NCBI GenBank assembly: GCA_965637545.1
Contig: OZ281497.1
Coordinates: forward strand, 15,190,001 to 15,254,000
DNA from: Phallusia mammillata
Taxonomy: Eukaryota
Length of the DNA stretch: 64,000 nucleotides
Direction: 5' to 3'
Below, in pieces: positions 39,401 to 51,400 of this stretch (position 1 is its first letter; every line of letters begins with the position of its first letter). Below the pieces are notes generated by a model, which saw only the letters and a list, made by a program, of their open reading frames with translations, ran no database searches and was not told where the DNA came from. The position numbers and the translations under genes were made by a program.

Positions 39401-42400
39401 ATTTAGGCCAGTGGACAGAGGTGGATCCTACATGCGACATCATACAGTGTGTGGAAACAACCAGTGTGGAAAATGCCCAGGAAACACGCGGAGATGGGAA
39501 TTACTTGAGCGAAATATCATACGAATGTAATCCAGGGTTCGAGATAAACGGACCTTCGGTTCTGGGTAGGTGTATAAACAAAGTTTTGCACTGTTTGATT
39601 TCCGCAATGTATTTTTTTCGTGTAGCCGTGGTTATTTGTTTGCCTCAAATAAAATCCGACGAACTATAGGCTTAATACCTTTTTGACATCCAAATTTTTA
39701 AACAGTGACATTGGATCCATTGCTGGCGCCTTTTTGTTTGTTTGTCGTCTTTTTTGTTTAATATCGTTTGTTTGTCGTCCAAAACAAATATATTTCCGTC
39801 GTTGTGTTCAGTGTGTCTGGAGACGAAGCAATGGTCGAATCCACCGCCAGTGTGTAACCGCGTTCTATGTCGAAACCCACCAACTATTGATAACGCGATT
39901 GTCAGTCCCCAAAGGCCGTCACACTACTTTGAAGACCGGATCAATATTTTGTGCCACATTGGATATAGGTACAAAAGGACAGAATGTCATTTGTATTGTT
40001 TGTAGCTTTTGTTGTAGCCTACAACAATATTTTTTTGTTTAGCATAAACGGCGACGAATCTCTTGTATGTGGAACAAGCGCCACATGGGAGGGACAACAG
40101 CCTGTATGCAATCCGAATTCATGTGGACCTCCATCTGAAACACCTAACGGTCGAATAGAAGGTATAGTTACATGGCGTTTCTTCAACGATTTTAAACCAT
40201 ACATTGACCAACATGCTTCACAGCATGTAAACGAGGATGACCTGACCAATTTTTTTCTGAGGCAAAAAAAATTTGACTTCCACTTTACAAACTGTAATGC
40301 TTATATCATATGATGTAATTCTTAAAGTAGCACAAATTTACCCAGGAACAAGTTTCCTTTACCTGAGCACGGTGGAATATATTTGTGACACTGGTTATAA
40401 CTTGCATGGATCGTCTGTGATTCAATGTCTGGCTGGTCCCGTGTGGAGTGACCTTCCACCTACTTGCGATCCGGTACCTTGTGGTTCTCCTCCACCGACA
40501 GGCAATGGACAAGTTTCAGGTAAAAATGCAAATTTGATGATGGATGAGTTTGGCTTCAAATAAAAAAGCGACACTGATTTTATTTGAAAGTCTTTAGTCA
40601 TTGGGGCTATTAAATTTTAATTAAAAAGGTTCGTAGGTATTAAGTTGTACATGATTAGAGAGCCCCAAAAAATTTCTATGGTGTCTGTTTCTCAGCCACA
40701 AATATTGAATTTAATGCGAATAATCTGTTCATAAGTTTAATGATAAAAATAACGGCCGAAATAGACGTAAAAAGCGACAAACGGTTGTAAGTAATGTGAC
40801 CCTCATATCACTGATGATGACATAGGCGGTTTCCGAAACGTTTAACGTTTTAACCAATAAAGTATGTCGCTTTCTACGTCTACTTGGGCCTTTATTTTCA
40901 TCATTAAACTTAGGAACAGATCCATAATGACGATACATGTATAAAAGGAATATAGGACACAATTTTTAAACATAAAACTCCGTCAGGCAAAAAAAACAAT
41001 TAATTTTTATTGTTGGTGAATTTTATGATAACACAACCAGTAATTGCAAATCTTGTGTTTTTGCAGCGGATAGCACTGTGTTCATGGGCGTGGCCACATA
41101 TACTTGTGACGAAGGATATTACATGAGTGGTGAACCAGAACTTATGTGCCTTGCATCTGGTTTGTGGGGCGACAGGACAACTGGTATGTCAAGAGTTGAT
41201 GGTTAAGTTTATTTTTTTTAAAGAAATTGCTCAAAGATTTTCAGTTATGGTGCCTTTAAACACATTTAAATTCGATGATCAAAAACATAATGGACAGAGA
41301 GTTTGCGTATACATAATACATCGCAATGCAGATGTTTCAACAATCGCTGTTGTTTAGTGTTAGTGAATATTGTCTACTGAGCTTGAACCCCAGCTGGTAT
41401 GACAACTCTAACCATTCCGACTGTTTTCATACACATCTTTTGTTCTCCTTTTTTCTTATTGCATAAACCCTACTTTAAGCTCAATGACAACCTGCACTGA
41501 TGATGGCAACAGCGATCGTTCAAACATTTGCAGTGCGATATCTGCCATATATTGAAGCTCTCTGGTAGCCATTTGTTTTAATTAGACTACTTTTTGGTCC
41601 TATATATAATTTATTCCTTTCCAAAACCATCAAATTTAGTACGGTTTCGCCTGGTAAACATATTTTGCACTCGATATTTCTCGTTGGTGCAGATATTTCC
41701 AAGACACCACCTACCTGTCCTCCTGTTCCCTGCGATCGCCCATCTGATGTTAATCATGGATCTTACATGTTATTTGGGGCTGAAGATTTCGTGTTTGGAA
41801 GTCACCTTCGGTTAGAATTTACACCAATATTTTGTTCCAGCAAACTGTTAGCGTACAAAAACACATTTTCTAAAATATAAAAGCAGCATTTTTTTAAAAT
41901 TGTTAAATGCTGAAATTGGTGGAAAACTCACAAAAAAATTCTTGTTTAACACATACAGTTGCCTCTCTTTTTTTGAGTCACGTCTTGGCAAATCGCTGTA
42001 GCGACAAACTCGCTGTGGAAATATGTATACATAATAAAATCCACCGTTACAGAACTAAAGCTGTGCAAAAACAAGCGACTTTATTGCAAATGTCGTTGCA
42101 TTGAATCCTATCTATTATTTAGATATACTTGTGAGGAGGGATATTTTCCTGTCGGACAATCAGTTGTGGCATGTAAGAGCGATCGAACATGGAATACATC
42201 TGCTGATGTTTTCCGCTGCGATCCTGTACCATGCCCAGCACCCGAAGCTCTCAAAAATGGAGTTGTTACACGAAAACAGGTCGGTTTCAGTGTTCTTTTG
42301 TCTCACTTACATTGTCAAATATCGAAAACTTTTTCTGGCATTCTTAAATTTTCCGCACGGGTGTTTGTGTAATTAAAATGTAACATGAAACGATTTCTCT

Positions 42401-45400
42401 TTTACAATGATACATTTGTTGGCGTTTAATGTTATTTTGTTGAATTTGTCCATCATGATGTTCTTTTCTAGTTTTTGGATTTTTGAAAACTAAAAAAGTG
42501 TGGTTGGGACATTCTTAAGTTAGAAGTGGTCATTTACATTTCAGAAAATTATCAACGGAGATTACACATTTGGGCAAACTGTTTCCTTTGCTTGTAACTC
42601 CGGATTTAATTTGGTCGGTTCAAACGAGGGTATCTGTCAATCAAAGGGCACGTGGTCAACAAATCCACCTCTTTGCGAACCTGTGCATTGCGGGGAACCA
42701 CACATGGTCAAGAACGCCGCTACAACGTAAGACGGCGTTCTGAAAGTTGGCATTTTACAATAAATTTTATGCATATCTATAGTGAAGGTAACTTTTTTGT
42801 CTGTTAAATGAGAAAACAAGTAGTTGCCCTATCAGTCATAAAAACAACGCGTTGCGTTTACACTTTTATGTTTTTTTGCAGTTTGAACGATGGCCCACAC
42901 CGTCCAGGACCTCACTTTCAGAGCCAGGTGATATACGCATGTCACGACGGATATATTTTCACCGAATCACACAACGGGAATCGAATTTGCGGAAGTGATG
43001 CCAAGTGGACGGGTACAAAAAATATCATACGGTTTAGTTAAGCAAATATGTTTGGCGCAGAAATTAACGAAGTTGTGAAAGTGTTTAAACGCTAACTCGG
43101 CCAATGCCAGATTGTGAATATTTTTGGCATTGAAAACTTTGTTTTTCAGTATATTGCAATACAAACATGATAGAGTTTCGGTTTAGCTGAAAGATCGTAA
43201 TATATGACCTAAGCAAATACAATGTGCGGCTGTTATTCAATTCGTGGTGCACAACGCCAAATTTTTGTACATCTCTCATTGTCCTATTGTACATTTTACA
43301 AAATTCTTAAAACGCAAGAACTTGATCGTAATGACACAATACAAATATTTGCTACAATATTAACTGTTTTTTGTCGCAACAGGCAACCTTCCTAGTTGTG
43401 AGCGAAAATCATGTTTACATCCGCCCATTGTCCAGCACGCTACGTCATCACCATACGACGACTTCAACGAGATGTTTTTCGGTGACGTCACAGTCTATTC
43501 GTGCGACACAGGATTCCAGTTGGCACCCGATCATTCCGGCTCACTCGAGGTTTAATATACATGTTGTAAACATTTAATTTGATGATAATGTAAATTATCT
43601 TGTTGCCATATAATCGCTGTCTGTAAATGTGTTAGTTATAGAAAGGGGTGGGCAACATAGAACAGCGAATCCAGGGGAATGTGAATCCTGTACAATTCGA
43701 AACTTATAACAAACTTTTCTGATCCACGGTTTATACCGTGTTTGCGAACATATCCACGTGTTTTCGGTTTGAAGTGACTATGTGCGTTTTCGCGTGATGC
43801 ATACACGCACAAAAGATAAAGATCATATTCCAGTTTTGCTGTGATTGCTTCTTTTCCAGTGCTTGGCGTCTGGCAGCTTCAGTACTGCACCAGTATGTCA
43901 GGCAATCCCATGCGGTCCACCACCTGTGGTAACTTATGCTGAGACAGTCGGTTACCATCCGAACGCTGAGCACTCGTTCGAAAGTGAAGTGACGTATAAC
44001 TGCGAGCCGGATTTTGTCATGAGCGGCACCAACACACTTACATGTTTAAAATCCGGCGAATGGTCGAGTGCTCCGCCAATATGTAATGCTGTGCTTTGTT
44101 CAACACCTGGTAAATATTATGCAGAGTATGTGTTTAAAGTTGTATGCAAATACGTTATTATTAATAAATTTACATTTACTCAAAATATTCTTTTCAATAA
44201 ACAAAAACAGAAAGTAATCTGGGAATATAAATTTTGTACAGCAGATTCAATTTGTGGTCAGTTGCATTTCCTAAAAATGTTCATTAGTAGATTACTGCGA
44301 CACTTACTAATTTTATGAACATAGTAACGGCATGAAAATTGTAGATTCGGTGCCACACGGTTTCACGATGACGGTGAATTCTGATGACGTGCGACATCCG
44401 GAGGTTTATGACGCAAGCACATTTTCACCCCGTTCTGCAGCGATTACTGCATGTGACGATGGTTATCATGTACGTTGATAAAACTCAAGTTTTTCTGATC
44501 AGGTTCACAAAGAAAGCTGTCATTACCGTATTTTGTAATTTTTTGGCTCAGATTATGGAAACCATTGCTCATCTGACAGCTGGAGAAGAAATGCCTGAAC
44601 TTGAAAAGGAAACTGTTTTACCGATTGTCAATACCAGTAAGTAGAACTATATAAAGAATCAACAAATGCAATTTGTCATGCTCTAAGCATCAAAATCAAA
44701 GTGACTTAGAAACGCAGATTTCACATCAAATTTTTGATGAAGACAATTGGGAGAAGTTTATCCTATGTTTGACGGAGACTTCCGCCCACTGAGGATTGAA
44801 CTGCAACAAACTAACATCTACTTTTGCAGGCAATTTGTCATCAAGGCAACAAGAGAAGCTGGGCAGTGCTCTGAAAGCAATGTTTGACAAAATCGAAGCC
44901 GAGTACGAACTTGATGAATATGATGACGAACCCAAACCAGCAGCCCTTACAGCTTCAGAGGCGGCAGCACCACCTGATTTCCTGATTAGAAGATGTTCCC
45001 CCGTTGGAGCGTGGTTAAGAGCTGCACCAGTTTGTCAACCCATGCTGTGTCCTCCACCGCAAACACTTATCCACGGACATGTGGTAGTAGGTCAGTGATG
45101 TATACCTATTTTGGTTTGTTTTGGCTTTATTGTAATATGAATGGAGCAAACCAAAATCTTATACAGCTGTACAGGATGTATATTTTTAAAATACACATTA
45201 AATTGTTTCTCTATGATAAACATGCATTCATTACTGGAGCCAAGCCTGAAGATTTTATGAAGACCAGCGATTAGGACACACCCACAGAAAATCGTAGTAT
45301 TGGAGGCGTTATACCGAGTCAAACTTGTCTCACAAGCATTTTCATGCATGTGACAAAGTATAGGCTAGAAAAGTCTAGGCTGCAGTGACCTCATGACACC

Positions 45401-48400
45401 GCTCGGTAAAAGATGAAAATATCAAAAAAGATGATAATATTTTCCTTCAGATCCCAGTGTCATTCTTTCCGCCGAGTTTCTTAGTCAAATCACATACCAG
45501 TGCGATGAGGGGTATGCATTCAGTGATAATTCGGTGGAATCAAACTCAACCTGTGCATGGCAACCTGATACAGCAACGGTCGATTGGACTGCCTTGCCAC
45601 AATGTTGGCCCGTTCCGTGCCCCATGCCAGTGGTAGCTGACAACGGATATTATACTGTTGATCACCAGCAACTAATCGGTGCCTTTGTTTTTATGGATTC
45701 CATCACGTATTCGTGCGACTCAGGGTAGGTTTCATTTTATTTCTGCCTTTATGCTTGTTGACACAGGGGGTTCTGTTTGGGCAAATGAGATGATTATGAC
45801 TGTAGTAGTATTGTATCAATGAGCGCATTTCATTTTGCGGAAAAAAATGAAATATGTTCTTCAGATTTGACTTGATTGGGGCTCCAGGGACAAGTTGTGA
45901 TAGCAGCGGCAAATGGGATCACCACCCACCGCTGTGCAGTCCTGTCAAGTGTCCAATAAATGCAGACTTGGCGAACGGACTGATGCTCTACACAACAATT
46001 ACTTACCGGTCTACCATTTCATTTTTGTAAGTTTTTTTTAGTGAGTAAAATTTATCACAATTGAAGGATACAGTACATTTTGAGTCGTTTCAGAAATCTT
46101 AACACTGAAATTAAACAAGAAACTCTTTCAAAATTTCAAATTAACTTGTTTGCATATCTTGGTGCATGAATTTTGATTTGCTTAAAATAATTTTCTTGCA
46201 GGTGTGACGTTGGTTATGAGTTGCACGGGGCTGTTGAGATCACATGTTTGGCGAACCGACAATGGAACGATTCGATTCCGACCTGTGAACCGGTTCCTTG
46301 CGGTCCTTCCCCATCGTTACAACACGGGTTTGCTGATGTAACGTCGGAGGCTTACGAAGGCGAAGCCACATATTCGTAAGATTACATGCGTTTGGACACA
46401 TATGTAGTAATTCTATATAACTTAGTCCAATATGTTGACATTTCTTTATTTTTGATCTACTGTAAGCTCTGTCGGAGCACAACAATATTTGAACAATTGC
46501 AAATATAAATTGCATTCCAGAAAGTCTCTCGAAAATTAATTAGTTTATCAAACTGTACGATTGTTTTTAATGTTTGATCTATAAGTTAAATCACTTTTTA
46601 TATGTAGTACATACAATTTTATTTTACCAAAAATAACAAAATGTTTTTTTTAAAACATAGAAAAAGCACATTTTAATCATTATGTACTCAGCTTGTCACA
46701 ACACCGAAACAGAAACGAGTAATAAGATAATCTTGTTTCCTACCCCGTGTATTCTACTAGTCGCTGAAAATTTAGTGATTTTTATGTGTGCTTTCAGATG
46801 CGACCCGGGCTTCTATTTAAATGGATCAAGTGTTTACATTTGCTCGGAATCGGGTTTGTGGATACTTCAAGAGGTTTGGTTGGGAGACCAAGCATCTCCC
46901 CCTAGTTGTCACCGCGTGAACTGCTATGAACCGCTCATGTGGGACTTTTCTACCTCTCACGTGATTTCGTTCCCGGAAGTTGATGACGTCGATCTTCTTA
47001 CTGACGATGAATTTTTGGCGTAAGACCATACGGCGCATTTTACGCATTTTTTTGGTGAAAAAAATTAGTAACGATTTTTATTGTACTATCAAATACAGGA
47101 AGTAGGTGCTTACCATAAATATGCTACGCCAAGAGCTGGTACGTTATGGGGCAGATCCGCAATAGGAGTAAACCCGAAATGCTTGGCCGCTTCTAATTTC
47201 TTGTAATATCCCTGGCCGTCGAAGTGCAATTTGCAATTATTTATACAGAGTTTGTTCTCCTCGTTTGTCAGCATGAATGTTTTCGGGTAGAGTTTGTCAA
47301 GAAATATGCACTTGCACTTAAAAAAAGATCAATTTCAAGATCTAACGAAAAACTTTTTCTTAGGTTGCGGTATATTTTCTTTTAGTCTAAACGTAATTGC
47401 ATGTTTGGTTGTAATTTATTTGTGTAATTCTTTCTTCATTTCAGCTTGTCCTTTGTTTTCGAAACGGTGATTCATTTCGACTGCGATATTGGTTACGAGA
47501 CTTTTGAACCCGAGCCAATAGAAGCAGTTTGCCTCGAAACCGGATTCTGGTCGCGTGAGTTTTCCTCCCCTGTTATTTAATTCAAAACAACAGTATAATT
47601 GGTGTTAACTTGTGTGGAATTGCAAACAACCGTAAATCCTTTGTTTTTGCTGCTTGTAAACGGTCAAATGCAAGGTTTTTACTACCTTGTTGACTCGCTG
47701 TATTGAGTTTTGCTGTATTTTTTGGCAAATGCCTCCAAACGATCATTACGTATAACAAAGTATTGCTCATCCAGCAGTTTTTATTATAAATAATCGACGT
47801 TTCGACGTCCTATACAAGACGCCTTCATCAGGATAATGACGTAACTTGGAGAACAAAACGTCGATTATTTATAATAAAAACTGCTGGATGAGCAATACTT
47901 TGTTATACAGTATGCCTGGCAGCAATAGCCTATTTCGATCATTACGTATATTTAGGTGATTCCCCGTATTGCGAACCGAAAAATTGCGGCCCACCTCCTC
48001 CCCCTGACGTCAACGGGTATCTAGAAGGGGATTCCCCGACGTTTGGCAACGAATTTCTTTACTACTGCAACCTCGGATATTACACACTGGCTCCCTACAT
48101 TAAGATATACTGCAATGAACATGGTTAGTTTATTGCGCAAGGTCAAAAACATTCGAAGAAAAAAATTTGGCACAAGAAATCGAAACTGCTTTAAGGGGTA
48201 AAATCCTTTAAATTCGGACTCAAATCTGCTATTATTGGGTCTACATTGAAATTACCTTATTTGTGGCTTAAAATTCTTGAAACTGTACTTTCACCGAAGT
48301 TTTTTTTTAAGTTTAAAAACTGATCTACAAAATTATTTTGAAATGCAAACGTTACAGGGGAATGGTCATCCACTTCTATTCCACCGTGTCTACCGGTGGA

Positions 48401-51400
48401 TTGCGGAATGCCTCTTGATCCGATCAATGGAGGACATAATGGAGACATCTACATCTTCCCTGATAGCGTCAACTACACTTGTGACCTCGGTTATGACCAT
48501 TTCGGCACTGAACAAGCATTTTGTGGTCCTTCTGGTTAGTTTTGGAGTCGCTTTGTTTTCTCCATTTATATTACCTTATGATGGTATTTAAAAATATTGC
48601 TTGTTGTTTGATTGACAGGCGAATGGGACGCTGGACCTCCGGACTGTGTCCCAGTTGACTGCGGACTTCCTGCAGATATTGACAATGGAATACTAAACAT
48701 GTCAAGTAAGCACACAGAATAAGCAAACAATGTAATGTTGCGGTAAAGACATTATCTTCGTTGCTTAATTTTAAAATGACAAACAAAGTTTAAAAAATAT
48801 CATTAGATTAAATAAAAACTCCGTCGAGTTATCGATTCGTCAAGAATTTACAACATTCGTGGTACAAAGGAATTTAGTTAATTACATACTGATTAATCGC
48901 ACATTTATTCAACAATGATCCCAAGTTTAACATTTTTTAAGAAAAAATAATTGCATAATCAGGATAAATGCTTGCGATTTAACCAAAATTTGATTTGCAG
49001 CTCGGTCACGCGTCGTTAACATATGATGTTTAGTGTGCTCCATCATCAGAGCAGTTGCCTATCTCCACAAAATATATAATAATCATTTTGCAGAAACGTA
49101 TTTTCCTTCGCTTGCTTCGTATCGCTGCCTGCCAGGGTACGAACTGTCAGGAATTGATTTACTTCAGTGCGCGTGGAACGGGATGTGGGACGCACTGCCC
49201 CCAGATTGCCTTCCTGTAGATTGTGGACCACCAGCAACACCTGTAAATGGTTTCTCGTTTGGTACGTTGCTTCCCAATTTACTTTGTAGTAAAAATAAGC
49301 TGGTAGTAAACCAACGTATAGATAAAAAAATTGTTTTCAACAATTTGATTGTAATTTGGTTGTTTTACTTTAGATTCAGAAACAAATGTGACTAGTTTCA
49401 AATTTTATTAGCCAAAAATTTTATTAGCCGATTTTATCTATTATTTCCAGGTGATAGTTTTATTTTTCAATCACTCGTCCATTTCACGTGCGACGACGGT
49501 TATATTCTGCACGGAGCGGACAACACGACTTGTCTGGCAACAATTGAATGGTCACATCCGACCCCGGATTGTATACCAGTCGACTGCGGTCAACCTCCGA
49601 ACGTGCCCAATGCACATGAATTATGGGATGGTATTTCCACAACCTTTCAAGCTGTTGTTTTGTATCAGTGCGACAGTGGATACGAAATGGAAGGCAACAC
49701 ATCGGCCATGATCAATTGCGTGGTAAATCTCGTTACTTTGTTTGTTCATTATGTTGATTTGCGGAATCAGAGGTCGGGTTGAATAAATCGAGTACCCAAA
49801 TATTTTGCACCGATTAACATAAATAACGTGAACAGTTTTAAATCAGAACTAGATTCAATGCACTGTGCCAGAAAAGTCAAACCTTTAGATATGCTAAACT
49901 GACTCTCTCAATGTCAGTTAATTCTATACACACGTGACAAGTTCGTGTGATTGTACCGAAAAAAACTGTTTTGTATTTAATTGTCCCACTACAAAACCTC
50001 CAAGAAACTCAGCTAATTTTACATAAACGCTCAACTTACAAATTCGACATGAGAATATTTTTAAGTTAAAAACAACATCACTTTTCCAGGCTGACGGAAG
50101 TTGGAGCACAGCGCCCTCGTGTGTTCGAGTTCAGTGTCCGTTTCCCACAATTCCAGAGCACGGACAGGTTTGTTTCTTGTTGTGTCAACATAAAAGCTCG
50201 TTATCAACTAATGTTTGTCACAGATTGCGGAGGCTGCCCCTGAATCCTTCTTTTATGAAGACGTTATTCATTATGTGTGCGACAAAGGGTATCCGTTACA
50301 AGGAAATGACACTGCATCATGTACATCTGATCAAACGTGGTCCAAGTGAGTCGACCTCAAACCTTGTTGTTTATAATAAACCTGTTACATGTTACTTCAA
50401 AGCAGTGGTTCTCAACCAGAGAGAGAGATTTTTTTTCTATTGTGGTTCGATTATTATTTTGTGTGATTTAATGTTTTGTAATACCTCCACAGTATCCCAC
50501 CCACATGCGAGCCGATCGATTGCGGAAGGTTACCCGATGTCATCAACGGGGTAAAAGACAAAAACGAAACCCTCTTTATGGCTGTTACCACATACCAATG
50601 CCACCCAGGGTAATGAAACTACAAGAATAATAATAACATAAAATTATAAGTCATAATATTAACAATACCTTGAACAACGTGAATTTATTATCTCCCCTTA
50701 GGTACGAAGCAGTTGGTGGTGTGGTCTTGGAATGTTTACACACAGGCTTGTGGGACAAAGAAGCACCAGTTTGCACCCCTATAAGTTGCGGTGCGCCCCC
50801 ACCCTTGACCCATGGGACTATACTTGGTGGTAGCACCTCACAGACCCAGTTGTTTGAAAGTCTGGTGGCTTACGACTGCAACGAAGGTTGTTCCAGTTTC
50901 AATAACATTTATTTGGAATAAGTAGTTACTTAAACAGCAGGTTTTACCTTAAATACAGCAAAACACTAAGATTTTTAACTGTACAAAATGGGGAAAAAGT
51001 AAAAAATGTCTGGTGCTTTAACGCACCATTTACAATTTTGGCAGATACTAGATTTTTTAGCGTTACTCGCTGGTAAAGCGAAAAATAACTTGAAATAACT
51101 TTATAATAAACAACATTCGGAATTTAAGGAAATTTGAAAAAAACATTAAAATCTTGCATCAGGTTTCTTCTTATCTGGACCGGTCAGCGCGAAATGTACG
51201 GCTGATAGAAACTGGACGTTCGGCGACGTGTTGGGTCCGGGAGGGATGACCGCCACTCACCGACCAGTGTGTAGAAAAATATTTTGCCCCGCTCCTCCCA
51301 CGGTGGCCAATGGTTACCATGACAACCTCAACTATTCCTACGCTGACGTGGTGACGTATGCTTGCAACATTGGATACGACCTTAGATTGCTGTCGGAAAG

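Noticed and set aside
49020-49050. Minus-strand CTGATGATGGAGC...CTAAACAT as a further hammerhead relic
   Set aside because: No stem II and a degenerate GAAAC; indistinguishable from chance.
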